A stretch of 64,000 nucleotides of DNA from Camelus ferus (lineage: Eukaryota), in the NCBI RefSeq assembly GCF_009834535.1, contig NC_045697.1, forward strand, positions 87,856,001 to 87,920,000, written 5' to 3'. The position numbers and the translations under genes were made by a program. The notes beneath the pieces were generated by a model. It made no database searches. It was given only the letters and a program-made list of their open reading frames with translations, and was not told the DNA's origin. Positions 26,512 to 38,392 of the stretch are shown piece after piece. Position 1 is the stretch's first letter, and the number at the start of each line of letters is the position of its first letter.

Positions 26512-26602
26512 TAAATACATCTGTTTTCATATTCTTTTTCATTAAAGGTTATTACAAGATATTGAATATAGTTCCCTGCGCTATACAGAAGAAATCTGTT
26601 TT
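26372..26602 (-). mobile_element. short young L1 3' end (camelid-type)
   Basis: ttaattgaagtacagtcagtta...ttttcatattctttttcattaaaggttattacaagatattgaatatagttccctg; homologous to the 3' end at 45840-46000. Confidence 0.9.
26451..26510 (+). repeat. compound microsatellite (AT)21(AC)9
   Basis: Direct count in the sequence. Confidence 0.95.
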
Positions 26603-26789
26603 GATTCTTTATAAACAAGACTGTTTGATATAAAAAAAAACTATTTAAACCACATAAGACTGATGTGCATTTTTCTAGCAAGTTTAGGTGTAAGTTTTTA
26701 CCTCCATTAACCAGAGGAGTGAAACAGTGAATATTTATCAGATATTTTTGAATGCGAAGTATGTGTGAAACACCCTTCTTGTATTTGGA

Positions 26790-27210
26790 GAGTTTGCCAC
26801 ATTCTGATTACAGCCTCTGCTAAAGAGAAGCCAGAATTTACTTCCTCAATCTTTCTTGTTACTGATGTGCAGACTCTTATAAGATGTGCTGAGGTAAGAC
26901 TTTGATTCGGAAATAAACAGTGTCACAAACGTGGCACTTCCAGCATCTGGCTTCTGACATCAGGCCCTGCTCTTTTTGGCACAAACTGTGGGTCTCCAGC
27001 AACAGCAGTGTAAACCGCATCATCATGATCAATGCTGAGTATAGTGGTGTTTACGCTGGAGTAACTCTGTTTTGTAATTGGTTGCTGTTCCGTGGTGTGT
27101 GGCTTTCATGCTTGACTCTGACTGCAGAGATTCTAGGAGCTACCTGTCATGCTTTATTAAATTCCTTTTCTGGTTAAACTAGTCATTGATCACTAGGAAC
27201 CATAACCAAC
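26790..27210 (+). mobile_element. ERVL solo LTR, LTR41-like
   Basis: agactttgattcggaa...gagattctaggagctacc...taaattccttttctggttaaactag. Confidence 0.7.
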
Positions 27211-27470
27211 AACAGTTAAATGTATTGAGCGCTTACTCTGTTCTATATACTGGTTTAAGCACTTTGCATGTTTTATTTATCTTATGTAATCCCTCTCAAC
27301 AATATTAATAAAGTAGATCCTATTATTATTTACATTTTACAGGTGAGACAATTTATGTAGAGAGTGATTCAATGACTTGCCCAAGGTTGTTTGTTAACCA
27401 GTGAGCAGTAGAGCTGAGATTCAAACTCAGTCAGCCTAGCCTCATAGCCCATGTTTTTATCTCTGTGCTT
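27210..27470 (-). mobile_element. MIR SINE
   Basis: tattgagcgcttactctg...cattttacaggtgagaca...gacttgcccaaggt...gagctgagattcaaactcag. Confidence 0.85.
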
Positions 27471-27679
27471 TAGACCTCATAACATATGCATAATCTTTCC
27501 ACACATACCTTTATATGCTATACATATCTATATCTTTATCTCTCTCTTCACATATATGTGTATTATATATGCATATTTTGACCTCCTTATATACTGCATG
27601 AGTAAATAACTAGCTATGTATATATCTTAATAAAATCCCCCACCTATCTCATTTCTGTTGATAAAGACTTCTCTACTTC

Positions 27680-28930
27680 CTAGCCCTGTCCTCGCTAGAT
27701 GTGCGTAAAGCATGACTTAATTTCGCTTGCTCCATTTCATTGCCTTTCTTCCACTCTCAATCCACTGAAATACAGCTTCCTTTCCTATTATTCCCTGAAA
27801 TTGTTTCTGGTCAAGTTACTGAAAGTCTTATCAGTAGTTTCTCTTTTAATCTTTATTCTTACTCTAGCTCTCTATAGCATTTGGACTCCTTACTTCTTTC
27901 TTGATTCTTTTGAATTATTTGAATTCTGTGATATTTTTGTGACCAGGTTTTTATCCTAGAACTCTGACTATTGTTTCTCAGGGCCCTTTATGGGCTCCAT
28001 TTCTTCTGACTTACCTTGTATACCATTTTAAATTCTCAGTCTTCCCTCAGTTTCCCTGGATGAACTTATAGACATTTTAGATGTACAAACATTGATGAAA
28101 CTCTAACATGTACGTCAGCAAATACATTTATCCTAAGATCTATAATTATATATCATGTTGTCTGCTGGAAATCTCCCCTGATGTATTCTAAAGATGTTTC
28201 AAGTTCAAAGTTGTTATTCTCCAATTAAATTCATCTTCTCTTTCCTTCTCAAATTTCTCCTCCTCCTCCCTCTCCATTATTGGTTAATGAAAGAACCGTC
28301 AACTCACTCAGTCAAAAAACCCACAAGTCATCTATTCCTTTCCTTTTCATCTTCATGTTCCACCTCCAATTAGCCATGAAGTACTAATTACATTACCTCC
28401 TTAATAGCTCGCTCCATCCCATCCTCACCATTTCTAACAGCCTTCTTTTTAATCCCTTGGAAGATAACTCTTTTACTTCTCGTGTAACATCTTTCAGTTG
28501 CTCCCCATTACTCAGGATACAGTCTGAGCTTCTCAGTCAGTACTTATTTGATCTGACCTGTGATTATCTGGATACTTTATTATCATACAAATCTGTGTCT
28601 ACAGACTACATTCCATCTGACTGATTTATTTGCACTTTCCCCTAGTACACGTGCTCTCTCATGCACCTGTTTGCATTTGCTATTAAATTCATGTGACACA
28701 GTTGGCTTACTCCCACTCATCCATCAAAACTCATCTCAGATTTTATGCTTTCCATGTCTTCCTGTGTACTCCTCTTAATGATAACAGTGTTAAGTCTGTG
28801 ATATTCTCTCACTTACTAGACTCAAGCTTGTAAAAAAGATTTGCTATATCTTTTGTCTCAGAATATTCAGGCCTCCTATGATGACAGGATTATTGTAGAG
28901 ACTAAATATTATTTTGCAAATGAAATGCTA
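27680..28930 (+). mobile_element. L2 LINE (degraded, ~1.2 kb)
   Basis: tccactctcaatccactgaaat...ctgaaattgtttctggtcaagttac...ctctatagcatttggac; typical L2 body. Confidence 0.65.
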
Positions 28931-29493
28931 TCAAAATTATACATGTTTATTTGAAAGTTGAGTGAACTAAAGCCCAAAAAGGTCAAGTAATTTGTCCATT
29001 GTCATACAGCTAGTAAATGACAAAAGATGTAATTCTTCATTATTCTTTAACTGACATTCTCAGAACTTTACAAAAAGCGTGAAATACAGAAGAGACTTAA
29101 TATATACTCGAGTGAATGAATGAAAAAGGAAAGGAAAAAAATTTCATTTTCTGTAATAAAAATATCAAAAATAGTGAATTCCAAAATAGTGTAGAGGAGG
29201 GAAGCTAAAATATATCATTTTTGTTTTAAAAGTGTTCTTATTAAATGGCAATATTTGAAGGAAATATTTTCAGTGTGACTTTCTGCTTTTACAGGGAGCC
29301 AAATTTTATCTGTGCCTTTTACTCTCTAAATGTACACGCAGTTGGTTATATTGAATAATATCAAATTAAAATTAAGTATACTAATAAATTTTATGTAAAA
29401 AAGTAAGTTAACATCTCCCAGATTTAAAGTAATATTTTGAATGCCTGAAATCATTTTTAATAAAAGTGTCCTCCTAATTTAGTAAAACAGTAG

Positions 29494-30033
29494 AGTGGGA
29501 GGCAGAATTTAAAGATTGCCACTGTAATCTGTGTCCTCTGTTTTTAAGCCCTGTATAATCCTCTCCCTGTGAGTGTGGGTGGGACCTGTGATTTGCTTTT
29601 AGCCAATAGAATATGGCAAAGGTAATGGGTCATCACTCCCGTGATGTTACTGTGCTATATAAGACTTCCTTTAACAGGCAAGAGTGAGCCTCTTTTGCTG
29701 GCTTTGAAAAAGTAAGATGCCAAGTTATGAGAGGGTCGCCTGACAGGGAGCTTTGGTAGCCTCTAGTAGCTGAACAGCACCTAACCAGCAAGAAAACAGT
29801 GAACTCAATTCTCCAACCACAAAGAACTGAGTTCTGTCAACAATCAGTGGGAGCTCCAGATAGACCCTGAGCTTCAGAAAGACTGCAGCCCAGTCTGTAC
29901 CTTGACTATCTCAGAGAATCCAGTCAAGGAGTGTCTGAACTCCTCACCTATGATAACTATGAGATAATAAACATGTGTTGCTTTAAGTTGATAAATTTGT
30001 GGTAATTTGTTATATTGTTTAAAATGAACATAC
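29494..30033 (+). mobile_element. MaLR solo LTR, MLT1E/MLT1F-like
   Basis: gagtgtgggtgggacctgtgatttgcttttagccaatagaatatggcaaagg...tgtgttgctttaag...aatttgtggtaatttgtta. Confidence 0.9.
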
Positions 30034-32841
30034 TATAGGTCACTCTTCAACACATTTAGCATAACAAATTTATATTGTTATATAAACTTCAAAACTGCAA
30101 GAATAAACATGTTAATGAAAAGCAAAGTTTCAAAGCACTAAAGGAAAATCTAATGCTATCTGAATTATAATTCAAGAATCATGACAAACTGTTATGAGAA
30201 AAATGCATGATAATCCAATTAAGAATGAATAGTAAAGTCTTATATCAATTTTAATGAAATAGAGGAGAAAGGAAACCCAACCATGTGCTTCCCTTGGGTT
30301 TACATCAATATTTATTCAAGCTTTCTATTTTAAAGTATTTTGTGGCTACTATTATTTTGTAAACTATGGCAGGTCAACCTCTGTTTTATTTAGGAAAGTA
30401 AAACTCTGTCAAAAATACTTCAAAATTGTACAAAATAAGTAATAATTTTTAGTAAAAATTATAAAAATTTCAAATAGTTCTAAGATTATTATCATTAAGT
30501 ATCAATAATCTACTTCTCTGAAATAATTGTGTCTCACAAACTGGTGCTTTCCCAAGCGTCTTCTCTTCCTTTACAGGATATAAAACATGTGACTTTGTCA
30601 CTATCAAAAATAACTTTTAACTCTTTTACTTTAAGTATTTTTGCCTTAAATTTTAAGAATATAGCAGATAAAGCTTAAAGAAAACAAATGTTTAAACAAT
30701 CAAAATTTTGGAAGTTTTAATTCCTGATCTCCAAAACTAATGTTTGGGGGGAAAATACAAATGGCTTATACATGTTTTAGAATGTTATATTTAATTTTTT
30801 TGAAATACAGCAAATGACAGAAACTTAATCTGGAAATTTGGTAGATAGCATCTGCCAGGGTTTATCACAACCTGGACAAGAGAATCAGACATTGTTAATA
30901 GACATTTGGACTTTGAGCACTCTATTTATTAAAAAAAAAAGTGAATTTAAATGCATAACATTTGCCATTTTAAAACATATGAAACTCAAGTAACGACTTT
31001 TATGGCTGCCTAGTTACCTCTCATTTGTAATTTAAAATATTAAAATTAAGAATCTGAAAAATACTTACATGATACTTGAAAAATTTCCCTTCCGGTTGTG
31101 TGAAAAAGACAATAGTTTTATGTTACGGTAACATGTCCTATCTTAAGTCTTAGCAAAGACCTTATTTCCAAATTCTTAAGTGTGCCGAGTTTTAATGACA
31201 TTATCATTTTGTATTTGTGATAGGATGACTAGCCTTAGGTAGCTCACAGAAATTGTTATTCACTTCTTGCTTCGTAACATTCTGGGTACAATATGTACCA
31301 ACAATTTTTTCTCTGTTTTCCTTCCTGAAGCTGATCTGATATTAAAGTACTGACTTTAATAAGTTTCCACTTCAGTCTAAAACAGATAATTTAAGAAATC
31401 CAGAAAGCAGAGGCTGCCAAAGCGCACTGTTTCCTAAAACCAGATTGCTATTTACTTCTTCCATTGTGAGGAAGCCCAGGCCTACAGAACCTGCCCCACC
31501 TCTTCCTCAGAGTAAATAGCTTTGTCTCTGATCCAGTGACAGAACGGGCTCCTTGTTAAAGGCTATCATTCAGTTTCACTTCTTATTTTATTGTTTGGGG
31601 TTTTTTGTTTAAATTTTATTGCTTTCACATCTGGATGGCACAGCTTTCATGTGGTATTAAAAGTATGTGTCCAAAAATGTGTCCCAGATGAACATCCTGT
31701 TTGTCTTTTGATTTCAAATTTCTGTTTAGTAAACCTTTGTGGTTTGGATATAGTGAAGAGTATTTTCGGCCAAACTCCCTATCCGCTTTGTCAAAAATAA
31801 TAACTCCCCTACCCATTCCTCCCTTACTCACCTTTCCTCTGCTAAATTAATATTGTCTATCACAGACATTCTTAGAAAAATTTAAGAACATTACCTCGTC
31901 TCTCAGTGATAAAAGCAATATCTAAAGCATTACTGTTTTGGAAGCTCTGTCTACAAAATGTTTTTTTTACATGCTATACTATTAGCAAATATGAAAGTGT
32001 TCCCATCAGGCCCTGGTAGAAAAATAACCAATTTTTGAATTATGAGATATTTGCTTTAGAGAAACATAAATAAGTGCTTTTTCAAAAATAGCTTAGCAAC
32101 TGTATTTTTCTGTTTGAAACCAGAAAAGAAATATGGTTAAAATATTTTTTAAGTCTTTCCTTCAAACTGGTCATAGAAATCCTATCAGTGATGAATAGAT
32201 TTACTTGACATATTGCTTAAAATTATTTTTTAAAATAACTATTGTTTAAGCCAATTTTTTTGAAGCAAAGAAATTTGGTTGTTCTTGGCATTTCTTAATT
32301 TCCTTACTTGGGGGTATGTTCTCCCCAAATCCACACATATAATTTTCATTGCCTTTAAAAGGGGTTATGAACACACATCTGAAGGGGAATTGACCACTGG
32401 GTTTTTGATGTTCTAAAGCCAACTAAAGCATGAACCTCTTGCTTCCTTTCTGATCCCAGCCCTTTTCAATGAGAACAATGCTTATGCAAGATTTCCTAGG
32501 GGATTTTGTGGTTTGAGGTTTTAATAATCTAGGCTAAAATTCAAATAGGAACCACAGCTGCTTGGATAAGATTCTTAGACCTCTTTATTTGAACTGCAGT
32601 GAACTTACCAGAATTTTTAAATATTCTGAGCAATATCTGATATAAAAGAGTGACATCTGGTAGCTTTATTTCAGATATATAAGAATATCTATATACCTAC
32701 AAATAGTATGAAATTAGAATAAAATGGTATGCATTTTCCTTAACAATTTGCAGATATGTGTAAAAACAGATTTGGCTCTTTTAAAAAGTAATAAACATTA
32801 CTGCTCTAAATCAATAAAAGAGAACTATTGAGAATACTTTA

Positions 32842-34225
32842 TATTTTCTATCTCTTTGTTGAAACTCTCACTTCGTTCACGCATTGTTCTTCTGACCTTG
32901 GTGAGGATATTTGTTAGTATGAACTCTCTTATTAGGTAAATCACTTATCTCCACTTCAATAAAATCTGTTTCTGGAGATTTTGTTTGGAACATGTTCCTC
33001 TGCTTCCTCTTTTTCCTTGACTCTCTTTGTGGGTTTCTGCACAGTAGATGAAAGAGACAGCCTTGACAGAGTGAGCTCAAGTAGGAGATGAACCTTGCTG
33101 ATCGGCCTGGCCTGAGCACCTAGTTGTCTCCCAAACGTTCATGATTGTACAACCCTCCTTCTTTGTTCTCAGTAGCTCCCAGTTGTTGAGGGTGTTCCAA
33201 TACCCATCAGTGTCCTAAGGGGGAGGATCACAGTCAGCACCTAGTTGCAGACTGATTGGAAGTTGGACTCTCAGGTGCAGCTGGAAGTATGTGGTTAAGC
33301 CCCTTCCAGGAGGAAACTGAGATATGGGCATTTTTACCTGCTTCCCCAGGTGTATAGCTGCTAGAGGTTGCCCCTGTGCCTATTAAAAATTGTTTCTTTG
33401 TCTGCTGTGGTCCTGTGGGACTTGTGCATGCAATCTCTCATTTGGTTCTTAGAGCCTGGTAATCCAAAGACCCATCCTTTGAGTGGCTGTTGCAAAAGCT
33501 AGGGCACCAGATCTGTGTACAAGTTCTGTCCAGGGAGCTACTGGTGATTTGGAGTGCGCTGGAAGGAGAAAGCAAGAGTACAGTCTTCCAGCTGCCCTGG
33601 TCTCTGGGGACCATCTCAGCTAGCCTTTACTGTCTTATGATTTAGCAGCTTGACATCAGGTAGCTTTTAAATTATGCAAATAAACTCTTTCAGGAAGAGG
33701 TGGAGATGGGCAATTTTGCCTGCTCCCTCTACCTAAAGCCCTGGGGGGATAGCTGTGCCAAGTACTCTCACCACTTACAGATCACTTCTTTGTTTACCAT
33801 AGTCTTGTGGGTCTCAGGGACCAGAGAACCATTGGCTTTTGGAGCTAGGTATTCTGGGAACCCTGCCCTCCACTGGTAGTCTTAAAAGTTGGGGCACCAG
33901 ATGTGGGGTCCAAACTCTTCCATCCTCAGGGAGAAGCTGGGAGTTGAGAGTTCTCTCCTGATTGTATGGCACTGTGCAAGGAGTGGGGTTTATGTCAAGA
34001 GTGCATCTGGCCTTTCCTATCTGTTTGGATGCAGGTATTCTCTCATTTGCCCAACATGTAGGAGTCACTCAGTTTCTAGATCTCTCTCAGAGAGGATTGC
34101 TCATGCATGGCTGTACATTCAGTGCATCTGTGGGAGGAAGAGAACTCAGGTGCCTCTTACATCATCATCTTTATTCCATCTATTATTGCATTTCTTTCCT
34201 CTGCTTCCGTTCAGCCTAGGTGCTC
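32842..34225 (-). mobile_element. older L1 5'UTR plus ORF1 N-terminus, 3'-truncated, flanked by direct repeats
   Basis: Minus translation RKQRNMFQTKSPETDFIEVEISDLPNK is the L1 ORF1 start; AAGATG 5' motif at 34166-34171; two ~385-bp internal monomers; ttgagaatacttta at 32828-32841 and 34226-34239. Confidence 0.85.
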
Positions 34226-35699
34226 TTGAGAATACTTTAAAAATCAGATCTTTGGGACCACTGAAGTAGAACCTGTTTATTTCCCAGAATAAAAAGCTAT
34301 GTCTTCACTCTATTACCTGTATGGGGATACACTATTTAAAATTGATTTTTGTATACTTCTCAAATAAATTGTGTTTAAAATGTAAGATCTACTGAAGGGT
34401 CTGTTCATAAGTTTCCTGAATCCCAAAATGTGATAAATAACAGCCTTTAAGTTTATTTAAATGAGGCCCCAATAGTCACATAAAGGGTAGAAATTTCACA
34501 GGGTTGTAATGTTATTTAAACATTTACTTAACCAATAAATGACCAAATAGTATGGGATTTTCAAGGACAGACTATAATGGAACAAAACATCTATAAATGA
34601 TCCAGTACTAAATTTAGGTAAAGGACCTACTCCAAAAATGGGAAGCTTTTTGAGCTAGAAGATTTTTCAGCTTTGAGGATCATTTTGGGAACCAAGAGAC
34701 CCAGTTTCTGGGGCTGCTGGCTGTTGGCACTTTTCTGGGCAAGCATAGCCAAAGAAAAATATCAGATTGGAAGGCCTCTGCTCTTGCTGGCATCAGTTCC
34801 ACGGGCCCTTATGCACTATCTCACTTGCTGTCTCTTATTTCATTTGCTGTCTCTCATCTAATCCAATAATTTTCAAAGTTCTCTACAGAATTCTGTGTAT
34901 TTATGGAGTTGTATAATGGACCTTCAGAAGGAGAGAGGTACTTCCTTTTGGAGGCTAGTGGGGTCTGGACATGTCCTTCAACTTCTGCCAGAGCTGTTCA
35001 ATATTTTATCTGCTTTGTACTAATATTCTGGTTAAGATTTAGTTTACACCAACCTGCTAAATTTTTTTAAAAGGAAAAATGTAATCCCCAGCATTGCATA
35101 GGATATTTAAAGGTGTTTCAGTATATTACATGGATCCCATGAACTCTAACTCTTTGAATGTGAATGTTTAATGGATGGCTTGTGCTGCATTGGGCCAAGG
35201 CAAAGTCCTTGATGCAGCGAGAACAAAAGCTGTTTTCCAACATTTCAGAATTGGGTATTGACACTGAACTGAGAGCATGTATATGCTTAAGGAAAATTTA
35301 GTTGATAACAAGTACAGATGATAATAGCTTCTTGGAAAAGAAATCAACTAACATACTAGAAGATTTACTGTGCTGGCAGCTACATATAAAATCAAAGCAT
35401 ATTTTCTGTGACTTTGGCCTTATATAGGCCCTTTGCATGGAATTTCCTTCTCTCTCCTGGTCGGTTTATTGATGCTTACTTACCATTCAAGGCATAGATG
35501 GACCATTTACTGAGAATTCAACAAAGCACTTTTTGTAACAAAATATGAAATCAGTAGTCTCTGCTCCCTCTGAAATATCCTTCTTAGAATGGCAGGCAGT
35601 GATACTATCATTCTCACCATTCTCTAGTTTGTGAAACCAGAGACAAATGAGAAACAGCAATTTCCAGGAATTGGTCATCTCTGAGGGGTAATTTTGAAG

Positions 35700-36296
35700 C
35701 CTGCAAAAACTCTTGGCAGGAACACTCCATTCAAACTCCTGCACTAAAAGACTTCACCAAACTTTAACATGACTTCTAGCAGACTAAAACCAAGCTCCTG
35801 GGAAGACTCAAGACTCCTTTTGAGTTTCTGCCTGAAAATACTCAGGACTGTCAAAGAATTTACTGTTCAAGCCAGCACTTAACCATAGGCCCTGACCTCC
35901 CTTTCTTAGAGCAGTTTCTAAAAAAGGCTTACAATTTCTAATTCTTCCTCTGTCCTTTTGAGAGGTATATGTACCTCCTACAACTCAGGGGTGCCTTTCT
36001 TAGGTTCCTGAAAGCCATTCCTTTGACATGTAAATCATCAGGAAAGATAGGGCCTAGTCTCTGGGGTGGATAGAATCTTAACTTTCATAATTGCCAGCTA
36101 GCTAATACAGCTGACTTAATCCAATTTACAACTTTCCTGACTCTGTTTGAGCCCTTGCTCACTCCCTCTACCTACCCACTTATTTTCCCTTTAAAATACC
36201 CAGTTACTTCTGTGCAAATTGGAATGGACCTCAGTTCTTTCCCTTACTGGTAGTGGTTACTGAATAAAATCTGATTTCACTATTTTAACTTTGACG
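35700..36296 (+). mobile_element. ERV1 solo LTR, MER67-family
   Basis: aaagaatttactgtt...gacctccctttcttagagca...ctgaaagccattcctttga...ttactgaataaaatctg...tttgac. Confidence 0.8.
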
Positions 36297-38184
36297 GTTT
36301 TAAACCAGGAAACATCAAGCTGGTTCTTGAGGGAGGTATGGAGAACAGCCTATGAGGAAACCAAAGCTTAGCACGGAGAAACTTGGTTCTCAGCAGCTTG
36401 CAAGTATTGCTTGAGAGTAGCTCAGCAAGTGGTGGAGCTGATAAGGCCATATGTGATGAGACTCCAAAGAATATATGACTTGGTTCAAAGACTAGACACA
36501 CAGAATTAGAATCTTGAACTACAAAAGAAAGGAGGCCTGGTGGAAGGTAAGCTAATAACCAAGAATAAGTCATCACCCCACATCTATAAGAACTGATTAC
36601 TTTGAGAATTATTGAGACAGTTTAGCCATAATTTGTTCACTTGGACAATAACTCAGGTCCCAGAGGGAATTGGAGACCTTAATCTCTAAGTAGCTCTGCA
36701 AGCATCAACCCTGGAAATCCTCTGTGATGTAGGCTAGGTGAATTAAGTTACAGAATCCACCATTCAGTCAACATAAAGAATAACATAATTGCATGGAAAC
36801 CTCTGAAAAACAATAATGGACAAAGCTTAACAAAACAGCATTTTTTAATTTCTAAATCAGCAATATCTGCAGAGTAAAACAAAAAGAAAATGTCTCTTAG
36901 ATATTATCCCATGTCCAATAGGTTAGAACTTGTCAATTCTACATTAATTTTAGGCAAAAATAATTTATATTTTTGAAAAGTTTTTTTCTAGAGGTTTGCA
37001 CCCAATACTGTACTTTTTAAAATAAATTGTGTCAGGATGAATTGGAGGAAATGTAATGTTAAACACCGGCTATGTGAAACATGAATAACATTTCTTTGAT
37101 GGATAAATATTGCTGATGGGAGTTTACTAGATTGGTACTAAACATCTAATTTTACAGTTATTGCAATGGTTTGGAAAAGGAGGATACAGTCACAAATTTT
37201 GTAGCAATAGCTAAGCTCTTCAGAGAAGCAAAATTTTGTGCTTAGTTTCAGAACAATTTAACAAGACTATGTAAATAGGTAAAGGATAACGATGACCAGA
37301 TACCTGCAGTAAGTGAGAATATTGTATTTTATTTATATATATAGTAATTATAATTCAAATTATAATATATTATTCAAAATTAAATATATTATTCAAATTA
37401 AATATCCACCAATATTATGGAAATACATGTTTTATTATATATTTTGTATGTGTGACTATGTGTATATATGTGTGTATATATATGTATATATATGAAAATT
37501 ATAATTGAACGTTGCAAAGTGGAAAATAATTAGTTTACTTTGCCAAATCCATCATCTGAAAAGGGACATGACTAAGTACAAATAAACATTATGAACCTAA
37601 GTGGGAAAAGTGATTCTCAGCCAGGACTCTGAAAATTATAACAATGCTCAAGATAGAGAGTGGAGATGACCAATTCTGTACTTTGGGAAAGTCCAAGATT
37701 AAGTCATTAATTATCTCAGTTGCATCTTGTACCTTTCAGTATTTCCTCTTTCTTGAAACTCTCCTCTTCCCTGTTCATTATGTGACAGTATTTGTTTGGT
37801 TCTTCTATTCCTTTACAATCATTGGGACCCTTTGTTTTGCTGACTCCCTTTTTTTGCTCTTTCCAAAGTGGGCTGTTCCCTCAGGTTCTATTTTCCATTT
37901 TCTTCTTCTACTACAAGCTTTTATTTGACTATTTTATTTATTCAATACATTAAATCTATTAAAGTAAATGTATTCAAAGCTCTGGCACTGTTCCTAGCAC
38001 ATGGTGTGGGTCATTGGATGATAGAAACTACCATTCTCCCTCTGGTATTTCTTCTACTATTACCATCATGACCACAGAAATTGTTGTCCAATAACCTGCT
38101 TATCTCCTAAATGTCTCAGATAGACAAAAGAAGGCAGAAGTGTTGTATTATATCTGTGATGTATAGGTCATTCCTTCAGTAAAT

Positions 38185-38392
38185 ACTATTGTTTACTAAG
38201 ACACATTATCTCATTTGCTTTTCAAAACAACCCTACAAAGTATTTTAATTATTTTTGTAAATAAGAAAACAAAGGCCCAGGAAGATAAGTAACCTGTAGA
38301 AGATTGCATAGTTATTAATCTTTGAGGTCAGAATTAGAACTCATTCTTGTCTCAGAAATCCATGTAAAATCCATATTCTTTCCACTGTACTG
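38185..38392 (-). mobile_element. MIR SINE
   Basis: cacattatctcatttg...caaccctac...ataagaaaacaaaggcccagg...taagtaacctg. Confidence 0.65.

Noticed and set aside
26311..26681. ORFs with IYIY/HTHT runs
   Set aside because: Translation of the (AT)n(AC)n microsatellite.
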